Shown here piece after piece: positions 20,220 through 29,597 of a DNA stretch of 64,000 nt. A model generated the notes under the pieces. The model was given only the letters and a program-made list of their open reading frames with translations. It searched no databases and had not been told where the DNA came from. Where the stretch lies: the IMG/VR virus record IMGVR_UViG_3300023184_000048, positions 32,001 through 96,000 of that record; one strand, 5' to 3'. The position numbers and the translations under genes are program-made. Numbering within the stretch: the first letter of the stretch is position 1; every line of letters starts with the position of its first letter. This DNA is from a virus.

Positions 20220-21545
20220 ATGGCTGAAGTTTATAAAATCAATGATATTGAATATGAGGCAGAATTCAAATTATCGAATCCTGACAAACAAGAAGTATCA
20301 TTCACGAAATCAGCCGTAAGAGGCATGACCTTATCAGACAATGTGTTTGATCCATTCATGTCTGGAACTATTTCAATCGCAAACCCTTATGACTTCATTG
20401 AAAAGGATTATTTCCTAAGAGGTGATGGTAGGGATGAATTTTTGATTAAATTCAAGCCAAAAGATTCCAAAGATAAACTTGATAAATTTGAACAGACTTT
20501 TGTAGTTATTGATGATTCGGATATGGTTAATCCCGTGGTCAGATCTGAGAATATCAAAACATTTACACTGGTTGCTAAAGAAGCTATTAAATTTTCTGAT
20601 CAGATTCCTTATGGCAAAGTTTATTCTGGTAAAGTTGGTAAGATTCTAAAAGATATATTCAAAGAAGTTTTAGGAGAAGACAAAGTTGATAAGGATAATT
20701 GGGAAGAGGGAGATTTTATCATTGATTCATACATTCCACCAGCAACATTTAGGTATGTCGATGTTATGCGATATTTCCTTAAGCTTTATTATGCCAAGGA
20801 TGGCGAAATTTATGTGAAAGGGTTTATCAGTCATGATGACGAAACTGATAAGTTTAGACTCGACCTACTTTCTAAAATTTATTCCGAGAATGACAAGAAT
20901 ACAATTGAAGCATTTGCTTTGGGTGACTTGACGGATAAGATTGATACAAATAATCCAAATAATCCTCAATCTGGTCCTCCAGTTGGTGAGTATATCGGCG
21001 CAATGAAAAACTTAGGATATTCCACACCATTTTATGGATGGACTTCTGATTATTTTATTAATAGTCTTGTTTTTGGTTATGATCAGATTCTTGGTGAACA
21101 TAAGATTCTTAAGATTAAATTTGAAGATATTAAGAAAAAATGGCAAACAAAATTCGTAGATGTGTTTAAGAGTATTTCGGGAGCACCAAAACCATTTGCT
21201 ATCAAGAATAATTCTACTGATGAAAAGTTCAAAAGATATAAATTTCCTTATCCGGTGGAGGATGGTGTGAAAATGGTCGAGGCTGATATTCATAATGCTT
21301 TGACATTCTACAACTTGCAAGCATCCTTCTCAAATATTGGAAGCACTTTGAGAAGATCTGGAAAATTTGTGGACATTTTCTCGACAAGAGGTGAACAACA
21401 CCTTAAAAGTGATGAGAAGATCCTTGGGAGGTGGTATGTCACCGAAGTTCGACACATTTTCTTTGCTGATCTTTACACCAACCAATTATTCTGTTGTAAG
21501 ACTTACGTAGGCCCAAATAATCTTTTGAATCATGAGGTCGATTGA
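20220..21545 (+). CDS. Baseplate hub protein, gp27-like
   Basis: MTLSDNVFDPFMSGTISI N terminus and GRWYVTEVRHIF C terminus. Confidence 0.65.
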   Translation: MAEVYKINDIEYEAEFKLSNPDKQEVSFTKSAVRGMTLSDNVFDPFMSGTISIANPYDFIEKDYFLRGDGRDEFLIKFKPKDSKDKLDKFEQTFVVIDDSDMVNPVVRSENIKTFTLVAKEAIKFSDQIPYGKVYSGKVGKILKDIFKEVLGEDKVDKDNWEEGDFIIDSYIPPATFRYVDVMRYFLKLYYAKDGEIYVKGFISHDDETDKFRLDLLSKIYSENDKNTIEAFALGDLTDKIDTNNPNNPQSGPPVGEYIGAMKNLGYSTPFYGWTSDYFINSLVFGYDQILGEHKILKIKFEDIKKKWQTKFVDVFKSISGAPKPFAIKNNSTDEKFKRYKFPYPVEDGVKMVEADIHNALTFYNLQASFSNIGSTLRRSGKFVDIFSTRGEQHLKSDEKILGRWYVTEVRHIFFADLYTNQLFCCKTYVGPNNLLNHEVD

Positions 21546-21569
21546 CTTTATTAAAAACTAGAATATCAT
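21542..21569 (+). promoter_or_regulatory. Early sigma70-type promoter (motif copy with -35)
   Basis: TTGACT-16 nt-TATCAT, 6 nt before ATG 21576. Confidence 0.8.
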
Positions 21570-21575
21570 CAGGGC

Positions 21576-21932
21576 ATGGGTAAAATTAAATTCAGAGCTT
21601 GGACTGGTGAGAGATTCGTGGATGAAGATTATTTCTATATAAGATATGGAAAGGTTTACACGATTACAGAATTTGATGGACTGGTCGATAAAAAATGGAT
21701 TCCTCAACAATACACTGGATTAAAAGATCTTAATAAAAAGGAGATTTATGAGGGTGATGTTTTCGAAGGGTCTACTTATAAATGGGAAGCTGTAGAATTC
21801 AAAGATGGTAGGTTCCAAGTCAACCTCATGGGGGCTAGAGTATATTCTTTGGAAGAGTTGTGTTGTGATATGGATCATATGCCACCAACAGTGATTGGGA
21901 ATATTTTCGAAAATCCTGAGCTTCTTAAATAA
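21576..21932 (+). CDS. YopX-family protein
   Basis: IKFRAW...QQYTGLKDLNKKEIYEGD...VIGNIFENPELL. Confidence 0.9.
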   Translation: MGKIKFRAWTGERFVDEDYFYIRYGKVYTITEFDGLVDKKWIPQQYTGLKDLNKKEIYEGDVFEGSTYKWEAVEFKDGRFQVNLMGARVYSLEELCCDMDHMPPTVIGNIFENPELLK

Positions 21933-21937
21933 TATAA

Positions 21938-22402
21938 GTGCTTCCTTTTAACAAAACATTCAATGATCTGATTTTGGAATATGCTCCAACCATGACATTG
22001 ACAACTGATCAATATTACTCAGAATTGAGTAATTATCTTGGACAGTTTGGAATGCATCTTGGTGAGAATAAATTCAATCCTGATTTAGATTATGTGAATC
22101 GTAAACAGATGGGAATTTATAAAGGTAAAGATCAAATCGGTAAAATTGAATTAAGAGTCATCAAAAATGTTTTAGTCCTTGATCATATTAAAAGTTATGG
22201 AAATTATTATAAAGAAAAGTTTGGACTGGTTGGAAAGATCTACCCATTCCATTATCAGATGGCTCTACTTCACAATCTTACAGTTAAATCGAATGCTGTG
22301 AATGATATTACTTATAATGCTTTCCTAAAAACATTTAAAGATTTCCAGATTAATAAAAAAGGCGCAAAATTAACAGCAATTCCGATAAACGATGAAATAT
22401 AA
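21938..22402 (+). CDS. Hypothetical late protein, possibly GNAT-like fold
   Basis: GTG 6 nt after TAAATA; N terminus FNKTFNDLILE; weak beta-beta-alpha pattern. Confidence 0.45.
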   Translation: MLPFNKTFNDLILEYAPTMTLTTDQYYSELSNYLGQFGMHLGENKFNPDLDYVNRKQMGIYKGKDQIGKIELRVIKNVLVLDHIKSYGNYYKEKFGLVGKIYPFHYQMALLHNLTVKSNAVNDITYNAFLKTFKDFQINKKGAKLTAIPINDEI

Positions 22403-22404
22403 AA

Positions 22405-22656
22405 ATGAATGATAAACAAAGAGAGAAGAGACATAAAAAGAATCAAAAGTCCAAACTCAAAAAGAAACTATTGAAGGAGATTAGACTTGATAAGTTTATT
22501 TTATGTTGTAGGCATAATTTGGTGGAATGGGGTTGCGACTGCTTCGCTGGGTGTGATTCCTGTGATTATGATAAACAATGTTCAAAGTGTCAAAGTCTTT
22601 ACAGCCCATCAGATCGGGTAAACTTCTTAAATATTCTTTGTGATAAACACCATTGA
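22405..22656 (+). CDS. Small basic Cys-rich hypothetical protein
   Basis: ORF track; multiple Cys pairs. Confidence 0.5.
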   Translation: MNDKQREKRHKKNQKSKLKKKLLKEIRLDKFILCCRHNLVEWGCDCFAGCDSCDYDKQCSKCQSLYSPSDRVNFLNILCDKHH

Positions 22657-23560
22657 AATCCTCAGATCTATCCTTTTTACCAAGGAGGATTTAGCTGATA
22701 TCACAAATCTTGGTGATACTTTTTCCGATAAAGATATCGAGTTCATGATCGAGTTCAAAAAGATTTATGAACTTGGTTTGGGGCAACTCAAAAAATTTTT
22801 AACAAAGCTTGATGAGGAGGGAAAAGACCTTGATACATATTCGATTCTTTATTATGTAGATATTCTGAATAATGGCCCTCTTGGATCATATGTAAGAGAA
22901 TACACCAAAGATAAAAAGTATTTCAATAATACACCAGATACTTTGGGGATAAACGGTAACAATAACTATTCTCCAATGAACATAGCAATGATTGGTGATC
23001 AATCTTATTCATTAGGATGTCATAATGATACCTATAATAAATTGCCTAAATTTATCCAAGATGGGTTGAAAACAGCAGTATCAAAGACTGAAGATTTATT
23101 TAGAAGTTGTGTGAAGAGTTCCACAGTGGTAGATAACACTTTACCACTCGTTGACAAAGATGCACAATCAAGATCTGACCTAGAATCTAAAGGAGAATGG
23201 GTGAAAAAATCAATAGGTTCTTATTGTGTAAAAGATTCTTTTTATTATTTGGCGATTAAGAAGATCAATCAACAGATCTATGATAAGGTCAAAGAAGAAT
23301 TGGGTGAAGAAGATTTCAGAGTGTTCTCAGATAAGAAAAAATACGATCCATTCTCCTCTGAACAAAATGAATCAACATCAACCAATACGAAAATTGAAAA
23401 GAATTTTATTGATGGTGAAGACACTCAAAAGATTACTTTAGATCTTCTTGGTGATGTATTTGATTCTGAGGAGAAACGTAAGGCAAGTTTGAAAATTTCA
23501 AATGTTTCTAAAGACAAGTATTATAAATTGAACTCAAATGAGGGTGTTCTCGGAGTTTGA
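22640..23560 (+). CDS. Hypothetical protein
   Basis: 306-aa ORF, no recognised motif. Confidence 0.6.
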   Translation: MINTIEILRSILFTKEDLADITNLGDTFSDKDIEFMIEFKKIYELGLGQLKKFLTKLDEEGKDLDTYSILYYVDILNNGPLGSYVREYTKDKKYFNNTPDTLGINGNNNYSPMNIAMIGDQSYSLGCHNDTYNKLPKFIQDGLKTAVSKTEDLFRSCVKSSTVVDNTLPLVDKDAQSRSDLESKGEWVKKSIGSYCVKDSFYYLAIKKINQQIYDKVKEELGEEDFRVFSDKKKYDPFSSEQNESTSTNTKIEKNFIDGEDTQKITLDLLGDVFDSEEKRKASLKISNVSKDKYYKLNSNEGVLGV

Positions 23561-23564
23561 GTTC

Positions 23565-23592
23565 TTGACATTATTAAAAACTAGTTTATAAT
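23565..23592 (+). promoter_or_regulatory. Early sigma70-type promoter (motif copy with -35)
   Basis: TTGACA-TTATTAAAAACTAGTT-TATAAT. Confidence 0.8.
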
Positions 23593-23616
23593 TTGTCTTC
23601 TTGATAAAATAATACT

Positions 23617-24264
23617 ATGCCATATCTAAATCATAACATTCCAACAATCACTTGTTTGATGAGAAACCAATTTCTTTTCAATCATGAAAGTGGGTTCGGT
23701 GAATATACGCCATGCGATGTTCATAGTGTCGCATCAATCGAAAAAAGAGTTCCATTATTCGAAGCTTTTTTAACCAATGGGGTCAATTGGACAAGACGAC
23801 CAATCACAGCATTTTGTTGGAAAGAGTGTGATCCCGTGCCGTTACATCGTGCCATGTATTGGGATTGCTTTAGTCCATATATCGATGTCCAGATAAGAAC
23901 AAGATTAAAAGGTCTTAGAGCCAAACTGATTACACCAGATGGAGATAAAGAATGGGGTGAATATATGTTTACTCTTGATTGGGGTTGGGAGAATAAATCC
24001 ATTCTTGATACAAATTTTTCTGAAACACCAGAACATAAATGCGCCCATTTATTTAAAATGGATAATGGAAATTTTTATGCTTATCCCAATAATAGAATTA
24101 TCTGGCATGATAAAGCGTGGACCGACATCTTACTTGATAAAAATCCGGGTTACAGAATTGATATGAATGTGTATAGTGTAGAAAACAATTGTTTGCAAAA
24201 TACCGATTATAGTTATATGACTGAGTTCACCTCTCCAAAAAATTTAGAACTTAAACGTCAATAG
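23617..24264 (+). CDS. Conserved phage hypothetical protein
   Basis: MPYLNHNIP...WDCFS...GEYMFTLDW...EHKCAH...AYPNNRIIW resembles a family I recall from aquatic phages; function unknown. Confidence 0.6.
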   Translation: MPYLNHNIPTITCLMRNQFLFNHESGFGEYTPCDVHSVASIEKRVPLFEAFLTNGVNWTRRPITAFCWKECDPVPLHRAMYWDCFSPYIDVQIRTRLKGLRAKLITPDGDKEWGEYMFTLDWGWENKSILDTNFSETPEHKCAHLFKMDNGNFYAYPNNRIIWHDKAWTDILLDKNPGYRIDMNVYSVENNCLQNTDYSYMTEFTSPKNLELKRQ

Positions 24265-24751
24265 CCGAAATCTTCTCAACTTCTTTTTCATCAACTTTAC
24301 TTCTCTTAAACATCTCCTTGAGAAGATCTTCTCTGGAAATGAATAATCCTGACTTATTACCAAGTAATTCATTTTCATTATCAGAAACTTTAGCTTCGAT
24401 TCTCATTTGCTCGATTTCCTTCTTGGTTTTATTTGAATTATCAGCAAGTTGAATCTTGGATAAAGTGTTGACAGCATTGACTAAAGCATTTACGAGAGTT
24501 GCAGTTGATTCAACCATTTTAGAATCTCCTCCAGCTTCTACATCAAGTTTCAAAGATTGAACCATATCCACACAATCATGAATAATCGTTGAAGTTTTTT
24601 GAATAACGAAATCTTCCAGTTCTTCTCTTTTGAGTTCGGGATGATCTTTTTTGACACGATTCAAAGAATTTGATTGATTTTTGATCTGGTTGATGATACT
24701 ATCAACATCACGGTCGAGTTCATCATCAAAGTCATCTTCAGCATTATTCAT
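24251..24751 (-). CDS. terS: Terminase small subunit, T4 gp16-like
   Basis: Helical pattern ..MVESTATLVNALVNAVNTLSKIQ.. and C-terminal NKSGLFISREDLLK, resembling gp16 (xxNNxLFxGSTxEL); TAAATA 5 nt upstream. Confidence 0.65.
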   Translation of the reverse strand: MNNAEDDFDDELDRDVDSIINQIKNQSNSLNRVKKDHPELKREELEDFVIQKTSTIIHDCVDMVQSLKLDVEAGGDSKMVESTATLVNALVNAVNTLSKIQLADNSNKTKKEIEQMRIEAKVSDNENELLGNKSGLFISREDLLKEMFKRSKVDEKEVEKISAIDV

Positions 24752-24792
24752 AAAAATATTTAATCTAAATATCCTTATATATCAACCCCTAT

Positions 24793-25854
24793 ATGAAAAA
24801 ACTACTTTTATCACTTTTGTTAATTTCACAAATCTACGCTGATGTCACAACATCTGGTATGAAGATTCTACCTAGACAAGATGCTCCGACTGATGGAACT
24901 ATCAAGACTTATGAAGTTTTGAAATCTCCCGATGGAACTAACTGGACTTCGGTTACAAACGGAACTCTTGTGAATGATAAAATCGAGAAAACTATAACCT
25001 TTCCACAAACAACTTCCAGATTCTTTAAATTAAAGGCTTTATCAGAAGCTAATGGAAGTAAAAACTGTGCTATTTCTGAAATCAACCTAGTATTCAATAA
25101 TACTAATTTGGATAGATCAAAATGGGTTGTATCAGCAGATTCAAGCACAGCACAAACTGGTAATAATTGGGGTGTTCCTAATTACGCCATTGATGGAAAT
25201 GTTAATACTTTTTGGATGACTAAGTGGGAGACAGGCGGGACACTTTATCCACATGAATTTATTATTGATACAGGAACTTCCACTGTCACACCACCAGTCA
25301 TTACGAACCCTAATGAATCTGGTCCGATTGTTACATTGACATGGAATCCAAATCCCGAGACAAATATAACAACATATATCGTATCTTGGGGAGAATCTAC
25401 CAAGAATTATACAAAGTCTTTGAATTCCTCAACAACCACTATAACAATTCCCGGATTTGTTGTTGATAAGACTTATTATTTTGTAATTAGAGCAAAGAAT
25501 GATAGAGGATTGGAGAGTTTAAATTCTGATGAATTGGCTGTTAAGATTATCGATAAGAATTTCCCAACAGCACCAATGCCTCCAGAAATTGCAAAGCCTG
25601 AAAGGTTTATTGAAGTCTCTATGACGATCAATAAATTGAATCCTATTTCATTGGGGAAAATTCCTTATCCAGAAATTACAGGACAAAAATATAAAACATT
25701 GATCATCACAGAGAACGATCCAAAGTTCCCATCAACCACAAGATTTGTAAATGTTTTGATGATACTTCCGGGTGAAATTGAATACAAATCTATTGGAAAA
25801 ATTCCATATCCAGTAGTGAAAGGACAGTCCTACACCTCCAAAATCACTAAATAA
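24793..25854 (+). CDS. Signal-peptide protein with permuted F5/8 type C (discoidin/CBM32-like) domain and fibronectin type III domain
   Basis: MKKLLLSLLLISQIYAD signal; LPRQD...YEV..SPDG..W and AIDGN..TFW..PHEFIIDTG; FN3 TLTWNPNPE..YIVSWG..YYFVIRAKN. Confidence 0.75.
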   Translation: MKKLLLSLLLISQIYADVTTSGMKILPRQDAPTDGTIKTYEVLKSPDGTNWTSVTNGTLVNDKIEKTITFPQTTSRFFKLKALSEANGSKNCAISEINLVFNNTNLDRSKWVVSADSSTAQTGNNWGVPNYAIDGNVNTFWMTKWETGGTLYPHEFIIDTGTSTVTPPVITNPNESGPIVTLTWNPNPETNITTYIVSWGESTKNYTKSLNSSTTTITIPGFVVDKTYYFVIRAKNDRGLESLNSDELAVKIIDKNFPTAPMPPEIAKPERFIEVSMTINKLNPISLGKIPYPEITGQKYKTLIITENDPKFPSTTRFVNVLMILPGEIEYKSIGKIPYPVVKGQSYTSKITK

Positions 25855-25861
25855 TTTTATA

Positions 25862-26077
25862 ATGAATTTTAAAGTAAAATATGTCATCAAACCTAATCAT
25901 GTGGAGAAATCCTATGATATTTTTGAGAAAGATTGGAGGGGAGGGTTGACTTTCCACTCCCATCGTGATACTTATGAAGAAGCTCAGGAGGTTGTGGATG
26001 ATTTAAATACCAAACCTTCCAAGATCGAAACTCTAAAATTCCTCAAGGATTTGACGAGTAATCTAAAACAAAAATAA
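25862..26077 (+). CDS. Hypothetical protein
   Basis: ORF track; tight gene packing. Confidence 0.55.
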   Translation: MNFKVKYVIKPNHVEKSYDIFEKDWRGGLTFHSHRDTYEEAQEVVDDLNTKPSKIETLKFLKDLTSNLKQK

Positions 26078-26079
26078 TT

Positions 26080-27156
26080 ATGGATATCAAAAATCAGGTA
26101 ATAGCCGCAAGACACAATGGAATGACTTATTCTCAAATTTATGATGAATTTGGAATTGCCAAAAGCACAGCCCGAGATTGGTATTCTCGATACATTGAAG
26201 ATTCTTATCAAGAAATTATCAATGACTCAGACACACCTGTTGGTTATGTCAACGACAATTTGCAAAGAGATAAACCTTCCAGATTCAAAAAGACTGAGGA
26301 TGAAGTTCTTGAATTTTTGGCACAATTAGCTCCAATCAAGGTTACGCCAAAATATGAAAATCAATCGACAATTACTTTGAGTGATTATGCTGTTGTTGGG
26401 TCAGATTTCCACTTCGGTTGTCATGATCCAAAAGCGATTGATATTTTCTTGGAAACCATTTTTCAAATTAAACCCAAGACTATTATTCTTAATGGTGATA
26501 CCATGGATTTCTTAGCTATTTCAAAATATCCAAAGGATCTGAAACATAATTGGTCACTTCAAAAAGAGCGTGAAGAGTATCATGCATTCTTGGATGAATT
26601 GATTGGTGTATCTGGTGGTGCTGATATATATGAAACCGTCTCAAATCACTCAGGACAGTCCGTAGGTGGAAGATGGAGGCGTTACCTATCTGATAGAATT
26701 GGAGAGCTTGCTTGCCTACCAGAGATCACAGAAACACTAAGTTATGAGAATGTCTTCATGGGTGATTATAAGAACCGTATTAAGCATGTCGATTATGTTG
26801 ATCTAAATGGTCTAATTGTTACTCATGGTGAAACAGTTAGAAGTGCTGGTGGTGCTTCATGTCTAGCAGAAGTTAATAAATGGGGTGCTAGTATCTTACA
26901 TGGTCATACTCACAGGTTGGGAATGTCGGTAAAAAGAATTCCAGCTATTGGTAATAGAAGTGAACAACAATTATACGGATTTGAATCGGGGTGTCTTTGT
27001 TCATTAGATGCCGCATATGGTAGCGGAATGAACTGGAATCAAGGTTTTAGTATAGTAAGTCTTGATCAGGATGGTCATACTTTTGGGGTCGAGCAAGTTT
27101 CAATTATCGGTGGAGTTTCAAATATTTCAACTTTGGGAAAAACTATCAGAGTCTGA
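26080..27156 (+). CDS. Calcineurin-like metallophosphoesterase with N-terminal HTH
   Basis: SDFH, NGDTMD, SNH, THG, HGHTH motifs; GMTYSQIYDEFGIAKSTARDW HTH. Confidence 0.85.
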   Translation: MDIKNQVIAARHNGMTYSQIYDEFGIAKSTARDWYSRYIEDSYQEIINDSDTPVGYVNDNLQRDKPSRFKKTEDEVLEFLAQLAPIKVTPKYENQSTITLSDYAVVGSDFHFGCHDPKAIDIFLETIFQIKPKTIILNGDTMDFLAISKYPKDLKHNWSLQKEREEYHAFLDELIGVSGGADIYETVSNHSGQSVGGRWRRYLSDRIGELACLPEITETLSYENVFMGDYKNRIKHVDYVDLNGLIVTHGETVRSAGGASCLAEVNKWGASILHGHTHRLGMSVKRIPAIGNRSEQQLYGFESGCLCSLDAAYGSGMNWNQGFSIVSLDQDGHTFGVEQVSIIGGVSNISTLGKTIRV

Positions 27157-27795
27157 ATAAATCCATTTAAACCCTTTGTGGGTTTTCTTTCTTCCCCGAC
27201 AGCAATGAACAATCATACTATGCATTGTCCCTAATTCATTACAGCATTCTTGAATAGAATTCCATTCTTTGATGAAAGAATTATCCAGTGTGAGTTGATG
27301 AATTTTTCTAGTTTTTGGTATTATATGATTCATACCTCTTCTCTTTAGAAATATTAGTTGACTCAATGATAAAGTCTTACCTTTATGGCTAATTGACATT
27401 TTATTTTTGGTTTCCGTGGAGTGTTTTTTGCCTATCATCTTTATTCGTTGATCTTCTGGCATTTTTCCTTTTATATAGTCGGCACCCACACCACCATCAG
27501 AAAAATTCACCAGAGTCCCCTCATTTGTATTCCTCTTTCCATATAGTTTAATAAAGTCTGTTTCTTTTGAAGAGATTTCGTCTTTTGAAAGATTTATACA
27601 CATGATTTCAACTTCATAAGCAGTTTTTGAGGTTATACTGTTCCAGAAAGCACTCCTACCTCTTGTTTCAAACGCTCTTTTAAATCTTTTATTTTCATTT
27701 TTAGCACTAACACCAACATAAAAAACTTCATTGGTGTCTAATCTAATGTGACGATACAAATATCCAGTATTTTGATTATCCCTTTTCAATTTCAT
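27127..27795 (-). CDS. Homing endonuclease, GIY-YIG-like with NUMOD3 and NUMOD1/HTH tail
   Basis: GYLYRHIRLDTNEVFYVG; KKHSTETKNKMS; FIKEWNSIQECC..I..CCRGRKKTHKGFKW. Confidence 0.8.
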   Translation of the reverse strand: MKLKRDNQNTGYLYRHIRLDTNEVFYVGVSAKNENKRFKRAFETRGRSAFWNSITSKTAYEVEIMCINLSKDEISSKETDFIKLYGKRNTNEGTLVNFSDGGVGADYIKGKMPEDQRIKMIGKKHSTETKNKMSISHKGKTLSLSQLIFLKRRGMNHIIPKTRKIHQLTLDNSFIKEWNSIQECCNELGTMHSMIVHCCRGRKKTHKGFKWIYSDSDSFSQS

Positions 27796-28007
27796 TGTTC
27801 ATCATCCTTTCTAATGATATAACCTTTACTTTTAAGAATATCACTTATATTAATCCAAATATCCTCATCTTCTTTAAAATTATTACTAATATAAATAGTT
27901 CCATTCTCTAGCTGAGATGCTTCAGGTATCAACCCTTGTTTGAAATGATTGTAAGCTGTTCTATAAGTTATTCCCTTCTCCTTCGCGTAATCCGATAATT
28001 TCATCAT
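27792..28007 (-). CDS. MerR-like HTH protein resembling the IS607 TnpA DNA-binding N terminus
   Basis: MKLSDYAKEKGITYRTAYNHFKQGLIP..QLENGTI; no serine-recombinase catalytic domain. Confidence 0.65.
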   Translation of the reverse strand: MMKLSDYAKEKGITYRTAYNHFKQGLIPEASQLENGTIYISNNFKEDEDIWINISDILKSKGYIIRKDDEQ

Positions 28008-28020
28008 ATAATTATTTAGT

Positions 28021-28047
28021 ATATTTTACATATTTTTACATATTTTT
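28021..28047. repeat. Short direct repeat TATTTT(T)ACA, about 2.5 copies
   Basis: atattttaca-tatttttaca-tattttt directly upstream of the HTH gene. Confidence 0.5.
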
Positions 28048-28082
28048 CTTGAATTAATTAAAAACTAGAATACAATACGGCT

Positions 28083-28544
28083 ATGTTAAATCAATTTCAT
28101 AAAAATAATTTGAAAGAGCAATGGGAAATCGATTTGGCTAATGATTTTCCCGAATTTTTCCTAGAACCTTCAGAAGAGGTTTTGAAAATATGGGAGGAAT
28201 ATCATGAGACTGGTGATATGCCTAGAAATAAAGAAGACCTATGCAACCTTAGATATGGTATGGAATTCAGGTCAGGTTGGTCAGGAATTGCTAGAGATCA
28301 TTTTGAATCTATCAGAAAACTTATCCAAAAGGCTAAGGATAATGGACATGATCTGGGTTATAAAGGTTTCATCATCAAACAAAAATGGCACACCTTGAGG
28401 GATCAGAGTGATCTTATTGGAGAAGATCGAAAGTTGTATTATAAGGAATATTCTAATTTGGTGGAAGATCTTTATGATAAATCAACCAAGGTTGATGAAA
28501 AAACAGGAGAACCAATTAATCAAGCTTTTGAACGATTATTTTAA
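28083..28544 (+). CDS. Hypothetical early protein
   Basis: ORF at early motif. Confidence 0.7.
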   Translation: MLNQFHKNNLKEQWEIDLANDFPEFFLEPSEEVLKIWEEYHETGDMPRNKEDLCNLRYGMEFRSGWSGIARDHFESIRKLIQKAKDNGHDLGYKGFIIKQKWHTLRDQSDLIGEDRKLYYKEYSNLVEDLYDKSTKVDEKTGEPINQAFERLF

Positions 28545-28546
28545 TT

Positions 28547-28792
28547 ATGAAAAAGACTTATAGAGGATGTGAAATCTATTCCAACCGCGAAAAGTGCTTA
28601 GGTGGATGGTCGCAAGTTTATTGGGGTGCTTTCGATCTAAAGGATGGGTATCAAATTTCGTGTGATCACACTGAAGGACCAGTGAAAGACGGCGTGTTAT
28701 ATGCTAAGACATCAGTAGATGAATATCTAGATGAATATAAGTCTGATCAAGATAAACATTCTGATCGTTGGTCATCTCTTTATAAATATTAA
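28547..28792 (+). CDS. Hypothetical protein
   Basis: ORF track. Confidence 0.6.
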   Translation: MKKTYRGCEIYSNREKCLGGWSQVYWGAFDLKDGYQISCDHTEGPVKDGVLYAKTSVDEYLDEYKSDQDKHSDRWSSLYKY

Positions 28793-28793
28793 C

Positions 28794-29543
28794 ATGAATT
28801 TTAAAATGTTTTTTGAGAAAAATATTTCTAATCCTCTGAGGAAACAGCAGATCAAAGATGAAGGTGGTTACGAATTTCCAACTTCAGAAAATAAAAGAAC
28901 CAAGATTGATGGAAAGTATCGTAAGATATATGAACACCAAGGAATTCAAGTTTTCTTAGACAGAACAATTACTTCTGATTTCTCACAAAGTTCATATAAT
29001 ATGAGAATGGTGAGATATTCAGTAAATGCTCTTTTAAGAGAATTGAGAGGCATCATTCCTAATAAAAAAGGCAGGATAGTAATTACTGATGTGAGTCAAA
29101 ACCCACTTGTTGGAAATAACATGACTACTGGTAAATCTGGTGGATTTTATCGTGATCGTATTGTTTATATTGATGAGTTTAGTGTGGATGATCCCAACAT
29201 TTGGAAACATGAATATGCTCATTATGTTGCTGATTTGATCCCGAAACAAACTGAGCCGATGTTGTATAAGGCTTATCAAGAATTACTAGATTCTTATTGG
29301 AAAAAGGCTAAGAAGAAGAGAAGACCCAATTTAGAACCAGAAGACCCAAGTTTTGTGGTCAGTGTGATGAAGGCGGAAAATATGAGAAGGAATATTTCTA
29401 AGAAATTGGGATTTCCAAGTTACGGATTAATGAACGAACATGAATTTTTTGCAGTCCTTATAGAAAACTGGAGTTCTCTTAGAAATGATCGAAACACGTA
29501 TAAGTTTAAATCATTAGTGAAAGTTGTTCTTGGTAGATTGTGA
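28794..29543 (+). CDS. Zincin-like metallopeptidase, late promoter
   Basis: HEYAH (HExxH) plus downstream NEHEFFA third-ligand motif; ATG 5 nt after TAAATA. Confidence 0.65.
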   Translation: MNFKMFFEKNISNPLRKQQIKDEGGYEFPTSENKRTKIDGKYRKIYEHQGIQVFLDRTITSDFSQSSYNMRMVRYSVNALLRELRGIIPNKKGRIVITDVSQNPLVGNNMTTGKSGGFYRDRIVYIDEFSVDDPNIWKHEYAHYVADLIPKQTEPMLYKAYQELLDSYWKKAKKKRRPNLEPEDPSFVVSVMKAENMRRNISKKLGFPSYGLMNEHEFFAVLIENWSSLRNDRNTYKFKSLVKVVLGRL

Positions 29544-29597
29544 TTGACATTTTCAAAATTCGAATTAAATACATTTGAATCATAATTAATATGAGCA

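Noticed and set aside
27792-28047. Intact IS607 transposon
   Set aside because: No serine recombinase catalytic domain and no TnpB nearby
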